A DNA stretch of 64,000 nucleotides. Source: Geosiphon pyriformis uo1 (taxonomy: Eukaryota; Fungi; Glomeromycota). The notes beneath the pieces are model-generated. The model did no database searches and was not told where the DNA came from. It saw nothing but the letters and a program-made list of their open reading frames with translations. Numbering within the stretch: position 1 is the first letter of the stretch; each line of letters begins with the position of its first letter. Position numbers and translations under genes: made by a program. Positions 27,911-39,199 of the stretch are shown one piece after another. The stretch is from assembly GCA_016748015.1 (NCBI GenBank), contig JAAOMT010000577.1, forward strand, positions 540,666 through 604,665, written 5' to 3'.

Positions 27911-28679
27911 AAAACAATTAAAAACAGTTTTATAAAACTAAGAGAAATATATAAAAAAGAGTATTTATAGAAGATAGAAAAACAAACAGATAGACAAAAA
28001 TCAACTTCCTTCTACCTATATTTGTTACATATCTTTTGTTATATCTTATATTTTATATTATAGAAATAAAAGAAATATTAACAAAACTTAAAATTTTTAC
28101 CTGTATGATTCTTATATTTTACGTATTATAGCTAAATTAATCTTATTTTTTTATTCCCAGTCAGATGTTTTTGGCATAAAACAGTTTTAAACTATTATAA
28201 CTTAAACTAATTATACTTGATTATGGTAATTAATAATACTAATTTATTTATTTTTATTTTTTTTATCTTTTTTTGATTTTTTTTTTGATTTTTTTTATTT
28301 TCTCTTGTGAAATAACAACATAAGAAAATTGACTGTCTGAAAATAGACTTTGTAATAACCTGGTAAAAGAAAAAAGCTTTCTTTAAGATTGAATATTAAT
28401 ATTATCTTATTAGCTTATCAAAAAGACAAAAAGACACCACCAAACTCTAATGACTATGCTTAACTATTTTGAAGAAAATAGTTTATATACAAGAAATTAC
28501 AACATTGTAAAACCATTTCTTTGTGCTTTATAATCAAAGAACTCCATGGGTAAATTCATATTAATTAGAAAGATCTTCAGAGACTAATAATACTAATACT
28601 TTAAACAATTCTACCAAAAAAAATATTAAAAGCTTACCAAATATTATTACCATATATTATCAAATTTATTCATAACATT

Positions 28680-28697
28680 TGGTGCTTTTTGTGAGGT
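28680..28697 (+). promoter_or_regulatory. Primer-binding site of element E (probably elongator tRNA-Met)
   Basis: tggtgctttttgtgaggt 2 nt after the LTR end. tRNA assignment is from recalled 3' ends of elongator Met tRNAs (..GAGCACCA) and is not verified. Confidence 0.6.
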
Positions 28698-28836
28698 TAT
28701 AAAATTCACAGAAACAGAACACTCCAGAAATTCACAAAAGTGGCAACTATTGGAACAGAAAAAAAAATTATTTACTATACAAAAAAGTTTTATTTTAACA
28801 CTTTAAGGAAGATTTAAGGATACCATTAGAAATCAT

Positions 28837-31022
28837 TGTTACAGATAATTATTTGAGATCTTAAAGCAAATAACAAACCTGTAATTTAGTGCTACTATGA
28901 TGATAATAATCTCTAAAGGTTTTGTTACTCTGAAGGTTTTGTTAATTTGAAGGTTTTGGGTTTGAGTTCTTTGTATAATAGACAGAGATTCAATAGTTGT
29001 TTTATTCATAGCCTCTTGGAATCACAATTTCATCAAATTTTTTTCTTCAGTATATTAGCCAATTTATTCTAACAGTCATGCTTTTCTGATAAGTTATTCT
29101 CAATTTTCGAGTTTCTTACCCTTATTTTTGGGTCTTTTATCAGGCTATTTTTGATGTCTATAATTCAGTGCTTAATTCTTAATCAATTAGTAAACAATAA
29201 AAAACAACAAAAGAAAATAAAGAAATAAAAGAAAAATGCATAAAATAAAGCCAAGGTAATTAAGTTAATATCCCATTAATAGCTATGATTAAGAGCTATT
29301 GTTCTAGTATAGTCAAGTATGGATTACTATTAACATAAAGTATTGATAGTATACAATTGGATTGATATAATTAATAAGTATATTTATTGATAGTGTAAAT
29401 GTATGAATGCTAACTAGAAAATAGAATTCAGAAGTCTGTCTTTTCTGCTTTTAATGTTATTACTATATATATATAATTGAGATTTCTCAATTTCTGAAAT
29501 TATGCAATTTCTTGAGAGTAATCCTAGAATTCTAGAATCCTGCAATTCTTTATATGAAAATTTTGTAATTCTGGAATTCTGCAATTTTTTTGAAAAAAAT
29601 CCTAGAATTTCCTATTTACTATGTTTACTTCTGATTGGCTAATTTATATGCTAATATAATTTCTATATTTTATAAGTAATATTATTCTCTTTTTTTAATA
29701 TTGAGCTTTATTAAAATCTCCTAATTTCTCTAATTCTCCAGATTAAATCATATTTTGAATTTTTTTTTCAAGAATTACTTGTGTTATTTTGATCTGTAAT
29801 TTCTTAAATTGAATATTGGTTATTTTACCATTTGATTAATAGTAACTGTATCCATTTCTGAATTGAATAGTATTTCTGGTCAGTCTTGGAATCCAGCTTG
29901 TAATTGATATATTGCTTGTGCTTATGTGGTTAGATTGTTTTTTCTCAGAAATTATTTAAGTTGTTGTAATATTTTTGTATTAAATAATTATTTTGTTTTA
30001 TTTGTATATAAATTCTAAATGTTCAGGTGTTGTTCCAAGTAAAAATAATAAAAGTTTTTTGAAAATTGTTGTGTCTACCAGTTTCAAGTTTCTTTAATTA
30101 ATCTTTAATATAATATGGCTTTTGTTTGTACTTCTATTGCTATTTTTACTTTTAAAATTATCTTGTCAACAATATTTTCTGGTTTTTTCTGTACTTTATA
30201 TTGGAGTTTTTTTTGTATTTTTATATCAAATGGTTTGCTGGTTAATTGTAATTTTCATATTTTGTTGTTGAACCAGTTGGAAGAGTTGTTGTGCTAATGT
30301 GTAGATATTGTCAGTAATTTTTATTTTTCTGGTATCTTTTGTTATATGCTAATTCTTTATATAGAGTTTTGATATTTCAATTTGATATGTTCGTGTTGAT
30401 GATTATTATTGATTCTAGATCTCATAGAATTTCTTTTAGTTGAACTAGTATTTTTTGTATTTCCAATTGTAGAATATTATTAGTTAATAATAATGCTATT
30501 CTATATTATAGTTTTAGTCAATTACCATGTGCTGCTTTGATTATAATTTTGTTGTTCCATCTTAATTTATAAGCTCTATTTCCTAGAATTTTTTTTATGT
30601 GAAATAATCCATCTTATTTGGAGTCAAATTTTCTATTCTATTGTTTTTCCACTTTGGTATTATATAAAAGTACTTTGTTTCTAATTTTAAATTCAATTGA
30701 TTTGTCTGATAGTTGGTTATTGTGTCTTTTTTTTGTTTTTTTTGTGACTTTTTGATATTGTTAACTGTTCTTTACCATTTGTTTTTTAGTGTTTCCATTA
30801 AGTTATATGTTTTTTTTAACAATGTTTCTTGAAAATTCTCTTCTGTTATTGGTTTTGTTGGATATGTTTTGACTTCTATTTTGACTGGTACTATTGCTGT
30901 TTTATTATATACTAATTCAAATAGTGTAGTTTGTGTAGTGTCTTGTTTCATTGTCTAATAAGCAAATAATATTGATAGTATAAACAAATCTTATTCATCC
31001 TGGTTTTCTTGGCTGATTTTGG
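28837..31022 (-). mobile_element. Ty3/Gypsy element D remnant (B-related): integrase C-terminal half, ORF3, PPT and 3' LTR (28837-29681)
   Basis: LTR edge tgttacagataattattt as in B; 29682-31022 colinear with 42946-44297 of B; ends abruptly at the LTR of C. Confidence 0.88.
29695..30324 (-). pseudogene. ORF3 of element D (unknown function)
   Basis: Homologous to B ORF3 (AIYQLQAGFQD*PEILFNSEMDTVTINQ vs TIYQLYNIFQNYPEVLLHSDMETITINQ). Confidence 0.75.
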
Positions 31023-31968
31023 TGTTACCAGTAGAATTTTAGCTATTAATTAGCATAAAATTACCCTTATAATTCTTATTATTAATTAGCATATATTATT
31101 ATTATTTCGAATATCACTTATTAATTAATCAAATTTTCCAATATTATTACTCAATCAATAATCCGATTTGTACCATAAAAATTAAGATAATCAAATTACA
31201 CAATACCCTAAACTATTTAACATAGTCAAAATTCGCCGAAATTAATAAAAATTGGCCGAAATAATCAATAGTTTAGTGAAATAATTTGTAGTTTACTAAA
31301 ATGTATCTTTAGTTCACCCAAATTGTAGCAAAAAGAAAAAATGCAAGTTCAAAGACTAGTATTATAACAAGTTGTATAAAAAAAAGCTTTTCTCTTTAAA
31401 AAAATGTATTTTCTCATAATATCTCAATATAGTATCTTAATTTAGATATTTTAATTAAAACAAATTATCTTTTACACATTTCAAATAAAAATTATTATAT
31501 TTGAAACTTCCTTATTACAACTAACGTTTTAAAATTGATTAGCTACCAATTCCAATAATTTGTTAGTGACTTCAGGCCTGGATAGAAAATGTTTTCTTTG
31601 ACACAATTCTATTTCTTTATATTTCTTTTATTTTTTCTTTTTTTCTTATTATAATCATTAGGGTAGCCTACAGACAAGATTTCTGTAGAAGAGTTGACTT
31701 TTACAGCAAAGTAATTACACATTTTTAGTGAGCTTTCAGATGAGCAATTCCTGAAAAAAAGTTGACATTTACTACAATGTAACTACATAAAATAACTGAC
31801 AAGGAATTGGCTATTCCACTTATAAGCCCAGCAGTTCAAATTATAAGAGATAATTTGAAGATAAATTCAGTTACTGGAGGTCCAACTACTTCTAAAAAAC
31901 GTGAATTCACAGCAAATCAACATTAACAACATTCAAAAAAAAAAAAAGACCAAAAACTTTTAGTAATA
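31023..31968 (+). repeat. 5' LTR of element C
   Basis: tgttacc...tagtaata termini; direct repeat of 59881-60823; inverted homologue of the A LTRs. Confidence 0.9.
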
Positions 31969-31970
31969 TT

Positions 31971-31979
31971 TGGTGCTCT
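31971..31979 (+). promoter_or_regulatory. PBS of element C
   Basis: tggtgctct 2 nt after the LTR. Confidence 0.7.
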
Positions 31980-32013
31980 CTCATGGAAATAATACAGCAA
32001 CAACAAATTCAAA

Positions 32014-32224
32014 GTGGTGACCATACCAAACACAACAACTCTAGAGTATTATCAGTCAATTTACACCTACTGCAAGCAAAGATTCAACATCTCAGATGGA
32101 ATTAAAGTTGTCAAGAAATCAGTATACCAATACATTGAAAATCATATCAACAATTATCTTTTTGGAAACTACAATATTTCAGAAGTTAGAAGCAACCTTT
32201 ACAATAATTTAGTGCACTATTCAC
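32014..32224 (+). pseudogene. gag: gag N-terminus of element C (continues at 52223)
   Basis: VVTIPNTTTLEYYQSIYTYCKQRF matches the start of the A gag ORF. Confidence 0.85.
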
Positions 32225-32349
32225 TGTTACAGATAATTATTTGGGGTCTCAGATCAAATAACAAATCTGTAACATGGTGCTTGGTTGGTATTCTGTGGTT
32301 GATATCTGAAAGTTTTATTGTAGAGTTCTTTGTATAATAGACAGAAAGT

Positions 32350-33335
32350 TGTTACCAAAGGTTTTTGGTCTTTTTTCTGTAATGTTGTTGATACTTATTT
32401 GCTGTGAATTCACGTTTTCTGGATGTGGTTGAACCTCCAGTAACTGAATTTTTAACTTCAAATTATCTCCTATAATTTGAACTTGCTGGGCTTATGAGTA
32501 GAATGGCCAATTTCATGTCAGTTGCTTTATATAGTTATATTGTAGTAAACGTCAACTCTTTCCCAGGAATTGCTTGTTTAGAAGCTCACTAAAAATGTGT
32601 AATTACTTTGCTGTGAAAGTCAACTCTTCTACAGGAATCTTGTCTGTAGGCTACCCTAATGATTATAATAAGAAAAGAAAAGAAAAATAAAAGAAATGTA
32701 AAAGAAATAAGATTTTTATCAAGGGAACGTTTTTCTATCCAGGCCTGGAGTCACTAACAGTTTACTGAAATTGGTAGCTAATCAATTTCGAAATGTTAGT
32801 TGGGTTTTTGGAAGTTTTTTCAAGTACAATAATAAAAAAATTTGGTTTTTCGAATTATTTGATATTTATTTCTTTTTGTGTATATAGGAACGGTTTTAAG
32901 AGATAAATTTAAAGTAAGATACATTTTCTCAAAGAGAGAAGCTCTTCTTTTATACAACTTGTCATAACACTATTCTATGAACTTGAACTTTGCTATTTTC
33001 TACAATTTCACTAAACTAAAGATACATTTTGGCAAACTACAAGTTATTTCTGCGAACTATTAGATATTTCGGTAAACTATCAATTATTTTAGCAAATTTC
33101 TATAAATTTCGGCAAACTTTTGAATGTTACATAGTTTGGGGTATTACATGATTGATCATTGCAATTAGGTTACATTTGTGTTGTGTACAATTTGGGTTAT
33201 TAATTAAATGATAATTTCGGACATTCTTTGTTAATGTAATAAGTAATAATTTGAAACAATAATATATGCTAATTAATGATAGGAATTATAAGATAGTTTC
33301 ATGCTAAATAATATCTCTAATTTCGTCTAGTAATA
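32350..33335 (-). repeat. 3' LTR of element A
   Basis: 986-bp direct repeat of 41219-42204; PPT gaggaggagatta immediately upstream on the minus strand. Confidence 0.95.
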
Positions 33336-34023
33336 TAATCTCCTCCTCAAGACTGAGTTTTGTCGAAGTCCAAGTACTGTCTGTTATTTCCAGATAGTAA
33401 TCCAAAATTATTGAAGAAATTTGGTCTGAAAATTGTTGAAATTTCAGTTCTGTGAGCTTTCCGATGTATTGAATCTTCAAAGATTGAAAAATTAGGTTTT
33501 GTAGTATATTTTCACAGGTGTGAAATAGGTCATAAAGTCTAAGAGCAGCTCTAAACCTGTAGCGACTGTTTGTTGATCCAGCTATTGTCTTGAATTCATT
33601 GTGGAGTTGTTTCTGAATAGCTTCTTTTGTGAGGTTTGCTGTTGTAAGTTCCAGTTTCCATTTGTAGAGTGTTTTTCCAATATGAAAATATCTATAGATT
33701 GAAGGATATTCAGTGTTTTTCTTATTGAGACACAGTTGAAGTTTTTGTTGAATTGTAGCATTTGGTGGAATACTAATCAGAGTGAGCATTAGGTTTTCTC
33801 TTAAAGCAAGCTTTAAAAGTTCTGGCAGGTGAATTCCAGTATAACTTCTTGTGTTTTTTTTATACGGGTGATATTTTCGTGAATTTGGGGCTAAATTTGT
33901 AACTACTTCTGTTTGGGTATAATTAATGTGGTTTCCAGTAACAGTAATGGATAATTTGGGTATTGTTTTTAAAGCTAACATTAGTTTTTGGGATAATTGT
34001 TGAATGTTTTGAGGAATAGTCAT
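33304..34023 (-). CDS. ORF3 of element A: intact ~239-aa protein of unknown function, reading through the PPT into the 3' LTR
   Basis: Uninterrupted frame from ATG 34023; homologues at the same position in C, B and D; no signal peptide or transmembrane stretch apparent. Confidence 0.8.
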   Translation of the reverse strand: MTIPQNIQQLSQKLMLALKTIPKLSITVTGNHINYTQTEVVTNLAPNSRKYHPYKKNTRSYTGIHLPELLKLALRENLMLTLISIPPNATIQQKLQLCLNKKNTEYPSIYRYFHIGKTLYKWKLELTTANLTKEAIQKQLHNEFKTIAGSTNSRYRFRAALRLYDLFHTCENILQNLIFQSLKIQYIGKLTELKFQQFSDQISSIILDYYLEITDSTWTSTKLSLEEEIILLDEIRDII

Positions 34024-34139
34024 TATAAGCAATTGAAAAAAATAAAAAATTATTTTTGGTGTATGGGTTTTTATGTTATTTTTGTTTTGTTTTTGTGAGA
34101 TTGTTTCTAAATTATAAGAGAATAACTAGTAAAATTAAA

Positions 34140-35525
34140 TTAAGTGTTCAGGTTAGAAGATTGTTCAATAACAACTATTAGTTCTAAGTTTTGGGGAATA
34201 TCTTCAGGACTAACCAAAGGGGAATGTGTACCAATTTGTGGAATTAATGGTTCAGGATTGTTTCTGGAATGATAGTGTTTCAAATGATCTCCATATACAA
34301 CTTTTGCTAGGATTTTGTTATCAAGTCTTAACTTGTATGATCTGTTGTCTAGGACTTCATGGATAAAGAATAGTCTATCCCATTTATTTTCAAATTTTCT
34401 ACTCCATTATTTTTCAGCTTTAGTTATGTGTAAGAGAACTTTGTTTTCAATTTTGAATTTATTGGTAACTGAAGGCAATTTGTCATCATGCTGTTCTTTT
34501 TGTTGAGCTTGGGAGTGTTCAATATGGGTGGCTGCTATTTGTCATTTTTTTTCCAATGTGCTAAGCAGAGTGTAGGCTTTTCGCTGAAGCATTTCTTGGA
34601 AATTGTTTTCATTGATCAGTTGTGCTGGGTATGTTTCCACTGTGAAACTAATTGGTAACGTTGCTGTCCTTCCATAAGTTAAATCAAATGGTGTGTGTTT
34701 CATAGTATCTTGTTTTAATGTCCTATATGCTAATAACACTGATAGAATAAAAAGATCCCATTCTTGCTCAAAATCGGTTGAGACTTTGGCTAATAACTCA
34801 CACAATGTTCTGTTAAAACGTTCTACAAGTCCGTTTATTTGTGGATGGTAGGGCAAAGACAGAGGTCTTTTGACATTGAATCGTTCACAAATTTCTTGTA
34901 TCAGGTTGTTCACAAAGTGTGTTCCCTGATCGGATAAAAGTTCAATTGGACATCCATGTCTACAAATGATGTCTTCATAGATGAAATTTGCTACTGATTT
35001 TGCATCTGCTCATTGAATGGCTCTGGCTTCAGGCCATTTAGTAAGATAATCTACAGCTACTGCAATATAATGGTTTCCTTGAGTGGTAATAGATAGTGGT
35101 CCGACTAAATCAATACCAACTCTGTCAAAAGGCTGTTCAACTTTGATTGGATTTAAAGGTTCTGTAGGGCAAGTTCCTCCTCTTCTTTGACAACTATCAC
35201 AAGATTCAACATATTCATGAATGTCTTTTCTCATTCGAGACCAAAAGCAGTATTCTAGTGTTCTTTGGGTGGTGTTATCTTTTCCGAAGTATGCTGATGA
35301 AGGATCTGAGTGCATATTGTATAAAATGGTCTCTTTTTCCTGTTCTTGTATTAATCTGAGTGGTTTGGTTGAGTTTTTGAAATTTTGATAATAGATAATG
35401 TTGTTGTGTAAAAAATATTGTTTGGCTTGTTGTTGTAACCGATGTTTTTTGTCTAGGAACCAATCTGTTGGGATTGTTAATGTTTCCAAATATTGTTTGA
35501 GATTGTTGTAGTTTTCGGGGTTCAT
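34140..35525 (-). pseudogene. Integrase of element A (separate ORF)
   Basis: ATG 35525; zinc-binding region (HSDP...CDSCQRR), VGIDLVGP, VDYLTKWPEA, SDQGTHF, YHPQINGLVERFN, GPY/F-type tail. Confidence 0.93.
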
Positions 35526-35574
35526 TGTTTGTTGTTTTGATGCTGTTAATTCAAATGGGTGTTGGTTTTGTTTT

Positions 35575-37001
35575 CTAATCTTGCCTCATTCTTGAGAGAC
35601 AATCAACGTTAGTGTGAAGTTTTTCTGGTTTGTGGTGTACAATGTATTGGTAATTAGCTAAAAATTCTGTCCATTGGATTTGTTTTGTGTTCAGCTGGGT
35701 GTTTTTGTTTTGAAGCCATTTAAGTCCAATATTATCAGTGATAATATCGAATTCTTTGGGTCTGAGGTAAAGGTTGAAGTGATATAGGGCTCAGATTACT
35801 GCTGCAGTTTCTAATTCTGTTGTAGGGTAGTTCTTTTCGGCTGGCTTTAATGTTCTACTAGCATAAGCAATTACTCGCTCATTTCCATTGTCATCTAACT
35901 GTGATAGGATGGCACCAAAGGCAGTATAAGAGGTGTTAGTTGCTAACTGAAATTGGTTGCTGAAATCTGGGTAGGCGAGGATTGGAGCTGTTGTGAGTTT
36001 TTCCTTAAGTATCTCGAAGGCATTTTGGTGTTCTTCTGTTCATTTGTATTCGACATTTTTAGTAGTGAGCTGGTTGAGGAGTTTTGCAATTTCTGAGAAT
36101 CCTTTGATGAATTTTCGGTAATAGGATGCTAATCTAATAAATCCTCTTAATTCTGTGGTATTTTATGGAGTCTTAAAGTTCTTGACAGTACTGATTTTTC
36201 CAGGGTCTGGTTTAATTCTATCTTTGCTAACAATGTGACCAAGAAAAGCTAAACTTGTTTTTCCGAAGTAGCATTTTTCAATGTTCAGTTTCAATCCTGT
36301 TTTCCGTAATCATTGAAAAACTTCTCGCAGGTGAATTAAATGTAGCTTGAAAGATAGTGAATAACATCAGTGTCATCAAAATAAACTACTACTGATTTCC
36401 AAAGGAGGCTTTTGTAAACAACATCCATGAGTCTTTGAAATGTTGCTGGTACATTGCATAATCCAAAAGGCATTACATTAAACTCGTAATTTTCTTCTTG
36501 AGTAGTGAATGCTGTTTTGGGGCAGTCTTTAGGATCCATAGCAACTTGCCAGTATCCACTCTCTAAATCTAATATTGAAAAGTATTTGGACTTCCCAAGG
36601 GCATCCAACATGTTATCAATTCGGGGAAAAGGGTAGGCATCTCCAATAGTGACACTGTTGAGTTGTTGGTAATCAACACAAAATCGTATTTTTCCATTTT
36701 TCTTTTTAACTAGGACCACAGGTAAGGCCCATGGGCTCATTGATGGTTGAATAAGCCCATTGTTAAGCATCTGTTGTACTTCTTCTCAAATAAATTGGTG
36801 ACTTTATGGGGCAACTCAGTAGGCTTGTTGTTGCTTTGGTTTGGCATCTTCTGTATAGATTTGGTGTTGAACCAAATCAGTTCTTCCTAAGTCATTGTTG
36901 TTTTTGGCAAAGATGTCAGCAAATTCTGCAATTAGCTCTTTGAACTGGGTCTGTTGTTGTGGTTCAAGTTGTCCCATGTTGATTCGAGATAGTTTTTCCA
37001 T
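35575..37001 (-). pseudogene. pol: Reverse transcriptase and RNase H of element A
   Basis: SPWALPVVLVKKKNGKIRFCVDY, LDLESGYWQ, MPFGLCN, VYFDD, FLGH; RNase H ends NVDCLSRMRQD* at 35575. Confidence 0.95.
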
Positions 37002-37413
37002 GACAATATGGTAGTTTTCGGAGCTGGGGTTTGGGTTGGTTTTTGGTATTGAATGTTCAATAATTTTAGAGAAATCGGGAACTATTTGGGGTAATTCTTG
37101 TTGAAATATATTACTGTGAATAACTCCAATTTCTAAATTATTTAATAAAATTATGGGGTAATTATTGGGGTTGTAAAAAGTAACTCAGACTTTTTTTATT
37201 CCTTCTGGAATATAAATGTTTGGAATCAAAATATTATGTTTCAAGCAGACTTGTTTATTGGACTCAAAAATTTGTTGTGTGGCTGTTGGCTTTGAGCAGG
37301 TGTAGATTTCCAGATGTTCTCCAAAGGGTGAGATAGTAATCGGTTGTGGAAGTCTGAGAATCTGGTGGGATTTGTTCTGTGTATTAAGAGCTATATTAAC
37401 TGGAACTGTGAAT

Positions 37414-37805
37414 TGTCCAGTTGAACCAAAACCTTGGGTTTCTCTATTGCTTTTTCCTAATTGTTCTCTTTGATTGACTAGTTGCAAACCCGAAATGTTG
37501 ATTAAGGGTAGGTAAATAGCTTGGGCAATTTTTTCAGTATGTTTGATCTTAAATGGTTTGTCAGTTTCATTTTGAAGTATCACTTTTATGTCTCCAGTAT
37601 ATTTAGCATCGATTATTCCTCCTCTGATATTGATTCTTTTGCTTGCCAGAGAGAACCGGAAGGCAATTTGAACCATTGCTCCTGGCGGGTTTTCGAGTGC
37701 AATTTTGAGATTGATTTTTGTGAGAGATTTGGGTTTGAGAACAAGAGTATCCTTGCCTGGATATCTTAGGTCATATTCAGCATCAATTTCGTGTGCTTTT
37801 TCGGG
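37414..37805 (-). pseudogene. dut: dUTPase domain of element A polyprotein
   Basis: Five trimeric dUTPase motifs in order: DAEYDL, RFSLA, GGIIDAKYTGDI, KIAQAI, RETQGFGSTG. Confidence 0.93.
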
Positions 37806-37949
37806 TTTTATTTTTTGTCCGTTGTTGTTAAAGTATTTAAGTTGTAAGGCAGGCTGATTTTCGATAAGGTAGATGGTTGTTGTTTCAATTTCTTCTGTTT
37901 CTTCAGGTTCTCCAAATTCAATTTCATTCTCATCATTTTTGCTAGGCAA

Positions 37950-38590
37950 GAGGATACTAAGAGCATAGCATTTAGAACACCATTGTTCATCACAAGGCAT
38001 AATATATTCTTCATATAGCCTAATGTTCATTTGCTCTAATTGTTGAATTTGAGCTTCTTGGATTGGATAGGTGTGACTTGCAATTTGGTGGTAGACTTCT
38101 ACTTCATCTTCATAATCAAATCCAGCTAATTCCATAATGTATTCAATGTATTCTGCTTTCTTCATTTGATGAACATCTTCTTTGATAGCTTCATTAATTA
38201 ATGCCATTGCTAAGTTGAAAATCATCTTGGCATCATGAGGATAGTGATAAAGTTTGTTGAGAGCATTGTTGTATGCTGCATTAAAGAGTGTTCCTCTTTT
38301 TACTTTTTCTGAAATTGATAAAGCATATTGGCAGGTCTGATCACAGACGCCTCCTCTCATTGCTACATCAATCCAATTGCATTCTTCTGGTAACATATTT
38401 CCACAAGTCAAACAAGAGGTGTTGTCTCATTTTCCGCTCCTTTTTATTAGATGGCTCCATTGCTCTCTGTGGCAAGTCTTGCAGTAATAACAAGTATGAT
38501 TCTCATATTCTTCTTCAGATAAAATGCAGGCTCCCATTGACGATAGTTTCTTGTGGCAGTCCTTACATTTAAGGGGAATATAGGGGTGTT
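37950..38590 (-). other. Cys-rich putative multi-zinc-finger domain between protease and dUTPase (element A)
   Basis: CKDC, CKTC, CLTC, CDQTC and a later MPC-x4-CSKC cluster; Cys pattern conserved in B and C. Confidence 0.7.
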
Positions 38591-38821
38591 GTTTCTTTGG
38601 TTTGGGTTTTGAGTAAAATATATTCCATCCAGAGGTTTTGGGTTTAGTATGTGGGGTAAAATGTTCTTGTTCTGTTTCATCGACCCAGTTGGACGTTGAT
38701 CCAAGAGCCATGAATGTTTTGATTATTGGTTTTTTTCTTCTGGTTCAAATTCAAAAGCCAGGGCTTTTTCAGAGCATTTGTTAAATGTACCACAAATGGC
38801 AGGTACCTGGGCGTGTTGTCC

Positions 38822-39199
38822 TTAGTAGGAGATTGTTAACTCTTGTGTTTCCCAATTCAGATTAGCATTGGCTTTTTGAAGCCAATCATTTCCGATGAGA
38901 GCTTGGTACTGGGGTGCATCCATTACAAGAACTTTGACTGGAATGGTGATTTCATTAAGAGTGAATAGAAAATTGTCAATTTCTCCTACTGGGGTCTTTT
39001 TCATGCCATCAGCAATAACGATTACTGTTTGAGCTGGTTGGTTGACATTTCTTTTCAACTGTTGCATTAACTGGTAGGTGATAATGCTTCCGGTGGATCC
39101 ACTGTCTAAGATCAAGCAAATTGGCTTTCCTTCTACTTCAGCTTCTGTGTACATTGTAGTGATGGCTTTTTGCTCATTAGCCGCTGCATTGCTAAGCAA
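38822..39199 (-). pseudogene. Aspartic protease of element A
   Basis: LILDSGSTGSII and ALIGNDWL motifs; in frame with gag. Confidence 0.92.

Larger units (their letters stand above)
27631..28836 (+). mobile_element. LTR element E remnant: 5' LTR (27631-28677), PBS and ~140 bp of leader
   Basis: tattacc (decayed TGTTAC) to ...taaca termini, tandem array at its start, followed by TT-TGGTGCT PBS as in elements A-C. Confidence 0.7.

Noticed and set aside
29480-29610. Heat-shock elements in the D LTR
   Set aside because: Only isolated TTCnnGAA pairs; no correctly phased three-unit element.
32014-32337. 107-aa ORF as a real gene
   Set aside because: Chimera of C gag reading into the inserted B LTR at 32225; the same LTR-derived tail appears in 51264-51464.
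33304-34032. ORF3 as env
   Set aside because: Too short, with no signal peptide, transmembrane helix or fusion-protein features apparent.
34140-34300. Chromodomain at the integrase C-terminus
   Set aside because: No aromatic-cage pattern; the tail is short with a duplicated EP-x-I motif.
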